A stretch of 64,000 nucleotides of DNA from Antedon mediterranea (Eukaryota > Animalia > Echinodermata): contig NC_092679.1 of NCBI RefSeq assembly GCF_964355755.1, forward strand, positions 9,392,201-9,456,200. Direction: 5' to 3'. Below the pieces are notes generated by a model. That model did not search any database, was not told where the DNA came from, and was given only the letters and a program-made list of their open reading frames with translations. This document shows positions 41,430-52,769 of the stretch, piece after piece; position 1 is the stretch's first letter, and each line of letters opens with the position of its first letter. Both the position numbers and the translations under genes were made by a program.

Positions 41430-43460
41430 TCACAAAATGGTCTAAAACGTCTCCAAATGCGATTTGAAGCTATTCTGTACACTTTGATGTTTTTATGTTA
41501 ACAAGTTTTTCGAAAATCACAAAATGGTCTAAAACGTCTCCAAATGCGATTTGAAGCTATTCTGTACACTTTGATGTTTTTATGTTAACAAGTTTTTCGA
41601 AAATCACAAAATGGTCTAAAACGTCTCTAAATGCGATTTGAAGCTTTTCTGTACACTTTAATGTTTTTATGTTAACTTTTTTCGAAAATCACAAAATGGT
41701 CTAAATTTTCTCCAAATGCGATTTGAAGCTATTCTAAGCACTTTGATGTTTTTATGTTAACAAGTTTTTTCGAAAATCACAAAATGGTCTAAAACGTCTC
41801 CAATAGCGATTTTAAGCTATTCTGTACACTTTGATGTTTTTATGTTAACAAGTTTTTCGAAAATCACAAAATGGTCTAAAACGTCTCCAAATGCGATTTT
41901 AAGCTATTCTAAGCACTTTGGTGTTTTTATGTTAACAAGTTTTTTCGAAAATCACAAAATGGTCTAAAACGTCTCCAAATGCGATTTGAAGCTATTTTAA
42001 GCACTTTGGTGTTTTTGTGTTAACAAGTTTTTCGAAATGCTCAAAATGGTCTAAAACGTTTCCAAATGCGATTTGAAGCTATTCTGTACACTTTGATGTT
42101 TTGTGTGAAAATTTTCTGTCGAAATGCTCAAAATGGTCAAAAACGTTTTTAAATACGATATTAAGCTACTTTGTGCTCTTTGATGTTTTTGTGTGAAATG
42201 TTTTATCGAAATGCTCAAAATGGTCTAAAACGGTTTATAATGTGATTTCAAGCACTTTGATGTTTTTGTGTAACCAAGTTTTTCGAAAATCACAAAATTG
42301 TCTAAAACGTCTCCAAATGCGATTTGAAGCTATTCTGTACTCTTTGATGTTTTTATGTTAACAAGTTTTTCGAAAATCACAAAATGGTCTAAAACGTCTC
42401 CAAATGCGATTTTAAGCTATTCTAAGCACTTTGGTGTTTTTATGTTAACAAGTTTTTTTGAAATCACAAAATGGTCTAAAACGTCTCTAAATGAGATTTG
42501 AAGCTTTTCTGTACATTTTGATGTTTTTATGTTAACAAGTTTTTTCGAAAATCACAAAATGGTCTAAAATGTCTCCAAATGCGATTTGAAGCTATTCTAA
42601 GCACTTTGGTGTTTTTATGGAAACAATTTTTTTCGAAAATCACAAAATGGTCTAAAACGTCTCCAAATGTGATTTGAAGCTATTCTGTACACTTTGATGT
42701 TTTTATGTTAGCAAGTTTTTTCGAAAATCACAAAATGGTCTAAAACGTCTACAAATGCGATTTGAAGCTAATCTGTACACTTTGATGTTTTTATGTTAAC
42801 AAGTTTTTTCGAAAATCACAAAAGGGTCTAAAATGTCTGTAAATGCGATTTGAAGCTATTTAAAGCACTTTGGTGTTTTTAGGTTAACAAGTTTTTTCGA
42901 AAATCACAAAATGGTCTAAAACGTCTACAAATGCGATTTGAAGCTATTCTAAGCACTTTTGTGTTTTTATGTTAACAAGTTTTTTCGAAAATCACAAAAT
43001 GGTCTAAAATGTCTCCAAATGCGATTTGAAGCTATTCTAAGCACTTTGGTGTTTTTATGGAAACAATTTTTTTCGAAAATCACAAAATGGTCTAAAACGT
43101 CTCCAAATGTGATTTGAAGCTATTCTGTACACTTTGATGTTTTTATGTTAGCAAGTTTTTTCGAAAATCACAAAATGGTCTAAAACGTCTACAAATGCGA
43201 TTTGAAGCTAAACTGTACACTTTGATGTTTTTATGTTAACAAGTTTTTTCGAAAATCACAAAAGGGTCTAAAATGTCTGTAAATGCGATTTGAAGCTATT
43301 TAAAGCACTTTGGTGTTTTTAGATTAACAAGTTTTTTCGAAAATCACAAAATGGTCTAAAACGTCTACAAATGCGATTTGAAGCTATTCTAAGCACTTTT
43401 GTGTTTTTATGTTAACAAGTTTTTTCGAAAATCACAAAATGGTCTAAAACGTCTCCAAAT
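41430..43460 (+). repeat. Copy of about 23140-25170 (offset 18288)
   Basis: Markers 23815/42103 and the private variant GCTAAACTG at 24921/43209. Confidence 0.85.
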
Positions 43461-46400
43461 GCGATTTGAAGCTATTTTAAGCACTTTGGTGTTTTTGTGT
43501 TAACAAGTTTTTCGAAAATCACAAAATGGTCTAAAACGTTTCCAAATGCGATTTGAAGCTATTCTGTACACTTTGATGTTTTGTGTGAAAATTTTCTTTC
43601 GAAATGCTCAAAATGGTCAAAAACGTTTTTAAATACGATATTAAGCTACTTTGTGCTCTTTGATGTTTTTGTGTGAAATGTTTTATCGAAATGCTCAAAA
43701 TGGTCTAAAACGGTTTCTAATGTGATTTCAAGCACTTTGATGTTTTTGTGTAACCAAGTTTTTCGAAAATCACAAAATTGTCTAAAACGTCTCCAAATGC
43801 GATTTGAAGCTATTCTGTACACTTTGATGTTTTTATGTTAACAAGTTTTTCGAAAATCACAAAATGGTCTAAAACGTCTCCAAATGCGATTTGAAGCTAT
43901 TCTGTACACTTTGATGTTTTTATGTTAACAAGTTTTTCGAAAATCACAAAATGGTCTAAAACGTCTCTAAATGCGATTTGAAGCTTTTCTGTACACTTTA
44001 ATGTTTTTATGTTAACTTTTTTCGAAAATCACAAAATGGTCTAAATTTTCTCCAAATGCGATTTGAAGCTATTCTAAGCACTTTGATGTTTTTATGTTAA
44101 CAAGTTTTTTCGAAAATCACAAAATGGTCTAAAACGTCTCCAATAGCGATTTTAAGCTATTCTGTACACTTTGATGTTTTTATGTTAACAAGTTTTTCGA
44201 AAATCACAAAATGGTCTAAAACGTCTCCAAATGCGATTTTAAGCTATTCTAAGCACTTTGGTGTTTTTATGTTAACAAGTTTTTTTGAAAATCACAAAAT
44301 GGTCTAAAACGTCTCTAAATGCGATTTGAAGCTTTTCTGTACACTTTGATGTTTTTATGTTAACAACTTTTTTCGAAAATCACAAAATGGTCTAAAATGT
44401 CTCCAAATGCGATTTGAAGCTATTCTAAGCACTTTGGTGTTTTTATGGAAACAATTTTTTTCGAAAATCACAAAATGGTCTAAAACGTCTCCAATAGCGA
44501 TTTGAAGCTTTTCTGTACACTTTGGTGTTTTTATGTTAACAAGTTTTTTCGAAAATCACAAAATGGTCTAAAACGTCTCCAAATGCGATTTGAAGCTAAT
44601 CTGTACACTTTGATGTTTTTATGTTAATAAGTTTTTTCGAAAATCACAAAATGGTCTAAAACGTTTCAAAATGCGATTTGAAGCTTTTCTTTACACTTTG
44701 GTGTTTTTATGTTAACAAGTTTTTTCGAAAATCACAAAATGGTCTAAAACGTCTCCAAATGCGATTTGAAGCTATTCTGTACACTTTGATGTTTTTATGT
44801 TAACAAGTTTTTTCGAAGATCACAAAATGGTCTAAAACGTCTACAAATGCAATTTGAAGCTATTCTAAACACTTTTGTGTTTTTATGTTAACAAGTTTTT
44901 TTCGAAAATCACAAAATGGTCTAAAACGTCTGCAAATGCGATTTTAAACTATTCTTAGCACATTGGTGTTTTTATTTAAACAAATTTTTTCGAAACTCAC
45001 AAAATGGTCTAAAACGTCTCCAAATGCGATTTGAAGCTATTTTAAGCACTTTGGTGTTTTTGTGTTAACAAGTTTTTCGAAATGCTCAAAATGGTCTAAA
45101 ACGTTTTTAAACACGATATTAAGCTATTTTGTGCTCTTTGATGTTTTTTTGTGAAAAGTTTTAGCAAAATGCTCAAAATGGTCTAAAACGATTTCTAATG
45201 TGATTTTAAGCACTTTGATGTTTTTATGTTAACTAGTTTTTTCGAAAATCACAAAATGGTCTAAAACGTCTCCAAATGCGATTTGAAGCTATTTTAAGCA
45301 CTTAGGTGCTTTTGTGTAACCAAGTTTTTTTGAAAATCACAAAAGGGTCTAAAATGTCTCCAAATGTGATTTGAAGCTATTTTAAGCAGTTTGGTGTTTT
45401 TGTGTTAACAAGTTTTTCGAAAATCACAAAATTGTCTAAAACGTCTCCAAATGCGATTTGAAGCTATTCTGTACACTTTGATGTTTTTATGTTAACAAGT
45501 TTTTTAGAAAATCACAAAATGGTCTAAAACATCTCCAAATGCGATTTAAAGCTATTTTAAGCACTTTGGTGTTTTTATGTTAACAAGTTTTTTCGAAAAT
45601 CACAAAATGGTCTAAAACGTCTCCAAATGCGATTTGAAGCTATTTTAAGCACTTTGGTGTTTTTGTGTTAACAAGTTTTTCGAAATGCTCAAAATGGTCT
45701 AAAACGTTTCCAAATGCGATTTGAAGCTATTCTGTACACTTTGATGTTTTGTGTGAAAATTTTCTGTCGAAATGCTCAAAATGGTCAAAAACGTTTTTAA
45801 ATACGATATTAAGCTACTTTGTGCTCTTTGATGTTTTTGTGTGAAATGTTTTATCAAAATGCTCAAAATGGTCTAAAACGGTTTCTAATGTGATTTCAAG
45901 CACTTTGATGTTTTTGTGTAACCAAGTTTTTCGAAAATCACAAAATTGTCTAAAACGTCTCCAAATGCGATTTGAAGCTATTCTGTACACTTTGATGTTT
46001 TTATGTTAACAAGTTTTTCGAAAATCACAAAATGGTCTAAAACGTCTCCAAATGCGATTTTAAGCTATTCTAAGCACTTTGGTGTTTTTATGTTAACAAG
46101 TTTTTTTGAAAATCACAAAATGGTCTAAAACGTCTCTAAATGCGATTTGAAGCTTTTCTGTACACTTTGATGTTTTTATGTTAACAACTTTTTTCGAAAA
46201 TCACAAAATGGTCTAAAATGTCTCCAAATGCGATTTGAAGCTATTTTAAGCACTTTGGTGTCTTTATGGAAACAATTTTTTTCGAAAATCACAAAATGGT
46301 CTAAAACGTCTCCAATAGCGATTTGAAGCTTTTCTGTACACTTTGGTGTTTTTATGTTAACAATTTTTTTCGAAAATCACAAAATGGTCTAAAACGTCTC

Positions 46401-48638
46401 CAAATGCGATTTGAAGCTATTCTGTACACTTTGATGTTTTTATGTTAACAAGTTTTTTCGAAAATCACAAAATGGTCTAAAACGTTTCCAAATGCGATTT
46501 GAAGCTATTCTGTACACTTTGATGTTTTGTGTGAAAATTTTCTGTCGAAATGCTCAAAATGGTCAAAAACGTTTTTAAATACGATATTAAGCTACTTTGT
46601 GCTCTTTGATGTTTTTGTGTGAAATGTTTTATCGAAATGCTCAAAATGGTCTAAAACGGTTTCTAATGTGATTTCAAGCACTTTGATGTTTTTGTGTAAC
46701 CAAGTTTTTCGAAAATCACAAAATTGTCTAAAACGTCTCCAAATGCGATTTGAAGCTATTCTGTACACTTTGGTGTTTTTATGTTAACAAGTTTTTTCGA
46801 AAATCACAAAATGGTCTAAAACGTCTCCAAATACGATTTAAAGCTATTTTAAGCACTTTTGTGTTTTTGTGTAACCAAGTTTTTTCGAAAATCACAAAAG
46901 GGTCTAAAATGTCTGTAAATGCGATTTGAAGCTATTTAAAGCACTTTGGTGTTTTTAGGTTAACAAGTTTTTTCGAAAATCACAAAATGGTCTAAAACGT
47001 CTACAAATGCGATTTGAAGCTATTCTAAGCACTTTTGTGTTTTTATGTTAACAAGTTTTTTCGAAAATCACAAAATGGTCTAAAACGTCTCCAAATGCGA
47101 TTTGAAGCTATTTTAAGCACTTTGGTGTTTTTGTGTTAACAAGTTTTTCGAAATGCTCAAAATGGTCTAAAACGTCTCCAAATGCGATTTGAAGCTATTC
47201 TAAGCACTTTGGTGTTTTTATGTTAACAAGTTTTTTCGAAAATCACAAAATGGTATAAAACGTCTCCAAATGCGATTTGAAGTTTTTCTAAGCACTTTGG
47301 TGTTTTTATGTTAACAAGTTTTTTCGAAAATCACAAAATGGTCTAAAACGTTTCCAAATGCGATTTGAAGCTATTCTGTACACTTTGATGTTTTGTGTGA
47401 AAATTTTCTTTTGAAATGCTCAAAATGGTCAAAAACGTTTTTAAATACGATATTAAGCTACTTTGTGCTCTTTGATGTTTTTGTGTGAAATGTTTTATCG
47501 AAATGCTCAAAATGGTCTAAAACGGTTTCTAATGCGATTTTAAGCTATTCTAAGCACTTTTGTGTTTTTATGTTAACAAGTTTTGTTGAAAATCACAAAA
47601 TGGTCTAAAACGTCTCTAAATGCGATTTGAAGCTTTTCTGTACACTTTGATGTTTTTATGTTAACAACTTTTTTCGAAAATCACAAAATGGTCTAAAACG
47701 TCTCCAAATGCGATTTTAAGCTATTCTAAGCACTTTGGTGTTTTTATGTTAACAAGTTTTTTTGAAAATCACAAAATGGTCTAAAACGTCTCTAAATGCG
47801 ATTTGAAGCTTTTCTGTACACTTTGATGTTTTTATGTTAACAAGTTTTTTCGAAAATCACAAAATGGTCTAAAATGTCTCCAAATGCGATTTGAAGCTAT
47901 TCTAAGCACTTTGGTGTTTTTATGGAAACAATTTTTTTCGAAAATCACAAAATGGTCTAAAACGTCTCCAATAGCGATTTGAAGCTTTTCTTTACACTTT
48001 GGTGTTTTTATGTTAACAAGTTTTTCCGAAAATCACAAAATGGTCTAAAACGTCTCCAAATGCGATTTGAAGCTATTCTGTACACTTTGATGTTTTTATG
48101 TTAACAAGTTTTTTCGAAAATCACAAAATGGTCTAAAATGTCTCCAAATGCGATTTGAAGCTATTCTAAGCACTTTGGTGTTTTTATGGAAACATTTTTT
48201 TTCGAAAATCACAAAATGGTCTAAAACGTCTCCAATAGTGATTTGAAGCTTTTCTTTACACTTTGGTGTTTTTATGTTAAGTTTTTTCGAAAATCACAAA
48301 ATGGTCTAAAACGTCTCCAAATTCGATTTGAAGCTATTCTGTACACTTTGATGTTTTTATGTTAACAAGTTTTTTCGAAAATCACAAAATGGTCTAAAAC
48401 GTCTACAAATGCGATTTGAAGCTATTCTAAGCACTTTTGTGTTTTTATGTTAACAAGTTTTTTCGAAAATCACAAAATGGTCTAAAACGTCTGCAAATGC
48501 GATTTGAAACTATTCTTAGCACATTGGTGTTTTTATTTAAACAAATTTTTTCGAAACTCACAAAATGGTCTAAAACGTCTCCAAATGCGATTTGAAGCTA
48601 TTTTAAGCACTTTAGTGTTTTTGTGTTAACAAGTTTTT

Positions 48639-48830
48639 CGAAATGCTCAAAATGGTCTAAAACGTTTTTAAACACGATATTAAGCTCACAAAACGTCTCC
48701 AAATGCGATTTGAAGCTATTCTGTACACTTTGATGTTTTTATGTTAACAAGTTTTTCTTTACACTTTGGTGTTTTTATGTTAACAAGTTTTTTCGAAAAT
48801 CACAAAATGGTCTAAAACGATTTCTAATGT
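48639..48830 (+). other. Complex out-of-register rearrangement scar within a cassette-2 copy
   Basis: The junctions TAAGCT|CACAAAA|CGTCTCC (48681-48700) and AAGTTTTTC|TTTACAC (48749-48764) break monomer register. The span is 155 bp where 87 bp is expected. Confidence 0.85.
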
Positions 48831-49989
48831 GATTTTAAGCACTTTGATGTTTTTATGTTAACTAGTTTTTTCGAAAATCACAAAATGGTCTAAAACGTCT
48901 CCAAATGCGATTTGAAGCTATTTTAAGCACTTAGGTGCTTTTGTGTAACCAAGTTTTTTTGAAAATCACAAAAGGGTCTAAAATGTCTCCAAATGTGATT
49001 TGAAGCTATTTTAAGCACTTTGGTGTTTTTGTGTTAACAAGTTTTTCGAAAATCACAAAATTGTCTAAAACGTCTCCAAATGCGATTTGAAGCTATTCTG
49101 TACACTTTGATGTTTTTATGTTAACAAGTTTTTTAGAAAATCACAAAATGGTCTAAAACATCTCCAAATGCGATTTAAAGCTATTTTAAGCACTTTAGTG
49201 TTTTTATGTTAACATGTTTTTTCGAAAATCACAAAATGGTCTAAAACGTCTCCAAATGCGATTTGAAGCTATTTTAAGCACTTTGGTGTTTTTGTGTTAA
49301 CAAGTTTTTCGAAATGCTCAAAATGGTCTAAAACGTTTCCAAATGCGATTTGAAGCTATTCTGTACACTTTGATGTTTTGTGTGAAAATTTTCTGTCGAA
49401 ATGCTCAAAATGGTCAAAAACGTTTTTAAATACGATATTAAGCTACTTTGTGCTCTTTGATGTTTTTGTCTGAAATGTTTTATCGAAATGCTCAAAATGG
49501 TCTAAAACGGTTTCTAATGTGATTTCAAGCACTTTGATGTTTTTGTGTAACCAAGTTTTTCGAAAATCACAAAATTGTCTAAAACGTCTCCAAATGCGAT
49601 TTGAAGCTATTCTGTACTCTTTGATGTTTTTATGTTAACAAGTTTTTCGAAAATCACAAAATGGTCTAAAACGTCTCCAAATGCGATTTTAAGCTATTCT
49701 AAGCACTTTGGTGTTTTTATGTTAACAAGTTTTTTTGAAAATCACAAAATGGTCTAAAACGTCTCTAAATGCGATTTGAAGCTTTTCTGTACACTTTGAT
49801 GTTTTTATGTTAACAAGTTTTTTCGAAAATCACAAAATGGTCTAAAATGTCTCCAAATGCGATTTGAAGCTATTCTAAGCACTTTGGTGTTTTTATGTTA
49901 AAAAGTTTTTTCGAAAATCACAAAATGGTCTAAAACGTCTACAAATGCGATTTGAAGCTATTCTAAGCACTTTTGTGTTTTTATTTAAA

Positions 49990-51440
49990 CAAATTTTTTC
50001 GAAACTCACAAAATGGTCTAAAACGTCTCCAAATGCGATTTGAAGCTATTTTAAGCACTTTGGTGTTTTTGTGTTAACAAGTTTTTCGAAATGCTCAAAA
50101 TGGTCTAAAACGTTTTTAAACACGATATTAAGCTATTTTGTGCTCTTTGATGTTTTTTTGTGAAAAGTTTTAGCAAAATGCTCAAAATGGTCTAAAACGA
50201 TTTCTAATGTGATTTTAAGCACTTTGATGTTTTTATGTTAACTAGTTTTTTTGAAAATCACAAAATGGTCTAAAACGTCTCCAAATGCGATTTGAAGCTA
50301 TTTTAAGCACTTAGGTGCTTTTGTGTAACCAAGTTTTTTTGAAAATCACAAAAGGGTCTAAAATGTCTCCAAATGTGATTTGAAGCTATTTTAAGCAGTT
50401 TGGTGTTTTTGTGTTAACAAGTTTTTCGAAAATCACAAAATTGTCTAAAACGTCTCCAAATGCGATTTGAAGCTATTCTGTACACTTTGATGTTTTTATG
50501 TTAACAAGTTTTTTAGAAAATCACAAAATGGTCTAAAACATCTCCAAATGCGATTTAAAGCTATTTTAAGCACTTTGGTGTTTTTATGTTAACAAGTTTT
50601 TTCGAAAATCACAAAATGGTCTAAAACGTCTCCAAATGCGATTTGAAGCTATTTTAAGCACTTTGGTGTTTTTGTGTTAACAAGTTTTTCGAAATGCTCA
50701 AAATGGTCTAAAACGTTTCCAAATGCGATTTGAAGCTATTCTGTACACTTTGATGTTTTGTGTGAAAATTTTCTGTCGAAATGCTCAAAATGGTCAAAAA
50801 CGTTTTTAAATACGATATTAAGCTACTTTGTGCTCTTTGATGTTTTTGTGTGAAATGTTTTATCAAAATGCTCAAAATGGTCTAAAACGGTTTCTAATGT
50901 GATTTCAAGCACTTTGATGTTTTTGTGTAACCAAGTTTTTCGAAAATCACAAAATTGTCTAAAACGTCTCCAAATGCGATTTGAAGCTATTCTGTACACT
51001 TTGATGTTTTTATGTTAACAAGTTTTTCGAAAATCACAAAATGGTCTAAAACGTCTCCAAATGCGATTTTAAGCTATTCTAAGCACTTTGGTGTTTTTAT
51101 GTTAAGTTTTTTTGAAAATCACAAAATGGTCTAAAACGTCTCTAAATGCGATTTGAAGCTTTTCTGTACACTTTGATGTTTTTATGTTAACAACTTTTTT
51201 CGAAAATCACAAAATGGTCTAAAATGTCTCCAAATGCGATTTGAAGCTATTCTAAGCACTTTGGTGTCTTTATGGAAACAATTTTTTTCGAAAATCACAA
51301 AATGGTCTAAAACGTCTCCAATAGCGATTTGAAGCTTTTCTGTACACTTTGGTGTTTTTATGTTAACAATTTTTTTCGAAAATCACAAAATGGTCTAAAA
51401 CGTCTCCAAATGCGATTTGAAGCTATTCTGTACACTTTGA
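49990..51440 (+). repeat. Copy of about 44990-46430 (offset 5009)
   Basis: Markers 45751/50760; private variants AAGCAGTT at 45389/50398, TTATCAAAAT at about 45856/50865 and GTGTCTTTA at about 46262/51268 (the last shifted by a 3-bp deletion). Confidence 0.85.
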
Positions 51441-52769
51441 TGTTTTGTGTGAAAATTTTCTTTTGAAATGCTCAAAATGGTCAAAAACGTTTTTAAATAC
51501 GATATTAAGCTACTTTGTGCTCTTTGATGTTTTTGTGTGAAATGTTTTATCGAAATGCTCAAAATGGTCTAAAACGGTTTCTAATGCGATTTTAAGCTAT
51601 TCTAAGCACTTTTGTGTTTTTATGTTAACAAGTTTTTTTGAAAATCACAAAATGGTCTAAAACGTCTCTAAATGCGATTTGAAACTTTTCTGTACACTTT
51701 GATGTTTTTATGTTAACAACTTTTTTCGAAAATCACAAAATGGTCTAAAATGTCTCCAAATGCGATTTGAAGCTATTCTAAGCACTTTGGTGTTTTTATG
51801 GAAACAATTTTTTTCGAAAATCACAAAATGGTCTAAAACGTCTCCAATAGCGATTTGAAGCTTTTCTGTACACTTTGATGTTTTTATGTTAACAAGTTTT
51901 TTCGAAAATCACAAAATGGTCTAAAACGTCTCCAAATGCGATTTGGAGCTATTCTGTACACTTTGATGTTTTTATGTTAACAAGTTTTTTCGAAAATCAC
52001 AAAATGGTCTAAAACGTTTCCAAATGCGATTTGAAGCTATTCTGTACACTTTGATGTTTTGTGTGAAAATTTTCTGTCGAAATGCTCAAAATGGTCAAAA
52101 ACGTTTTTAAATACGATATTAAGCTACTTTGTGCTCTTTGATGTTTTTTTGTGAAATGTTTTATCGAAATGCTCAAAATGGTCTAAAACGGTTTCTAATG
52201 TGATTTCAAGAACTTTTATGTTTTTGTGTAACCAAGATTTTCGAAAATCACAAAATTGTCTAAAACGTCTCCAAATGCGATTTGAAGCTATTCTGTACAC
52301 TTTGATGTTTTTATGTTAACAAGTTTTTCGAAAATCACAAAATGGTCTAAAACGTCTCCAAATGCGATTTTAAGCTATTCTAAGCACTTTGGTGTTTTTA
52401 TGTTAACAAGTTTTTTTGAAAATCACAAAATGGTCTAAAACGTCTCTAAATGCGATTTGAAGCTTTTCTGTACACTTTGATGTTTTTATGTTAACAACTT
52501 TTTTCGAAAATCACAAAATGGTCTAAAATGTCTCCAAATGCGATTTGAAGCTATTCTAAGCACTTTGGTGTTTTTATGGAAACAATTTTTTTCGAAAATC
52601 AGAAAATGGTCTAAAACGTCTCCAATAGCGATTTGAAGCTTTTCTGTACACTTTGGTGTTTTTATGTTAACAAGTTTTTTCAAAAATCACAAAATGGTCT
52701 AAAATGTCTCCAAATGCGATTTGAAGCTTTTCTGTACACTTTGATGTTTTTATGTTAACAAGTTTTTTC

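Noticed and set aside
52486-52683. 65-aa minus-strand ORF
   Set aside because: Chance open frame created by local point variants in satellite monomers.
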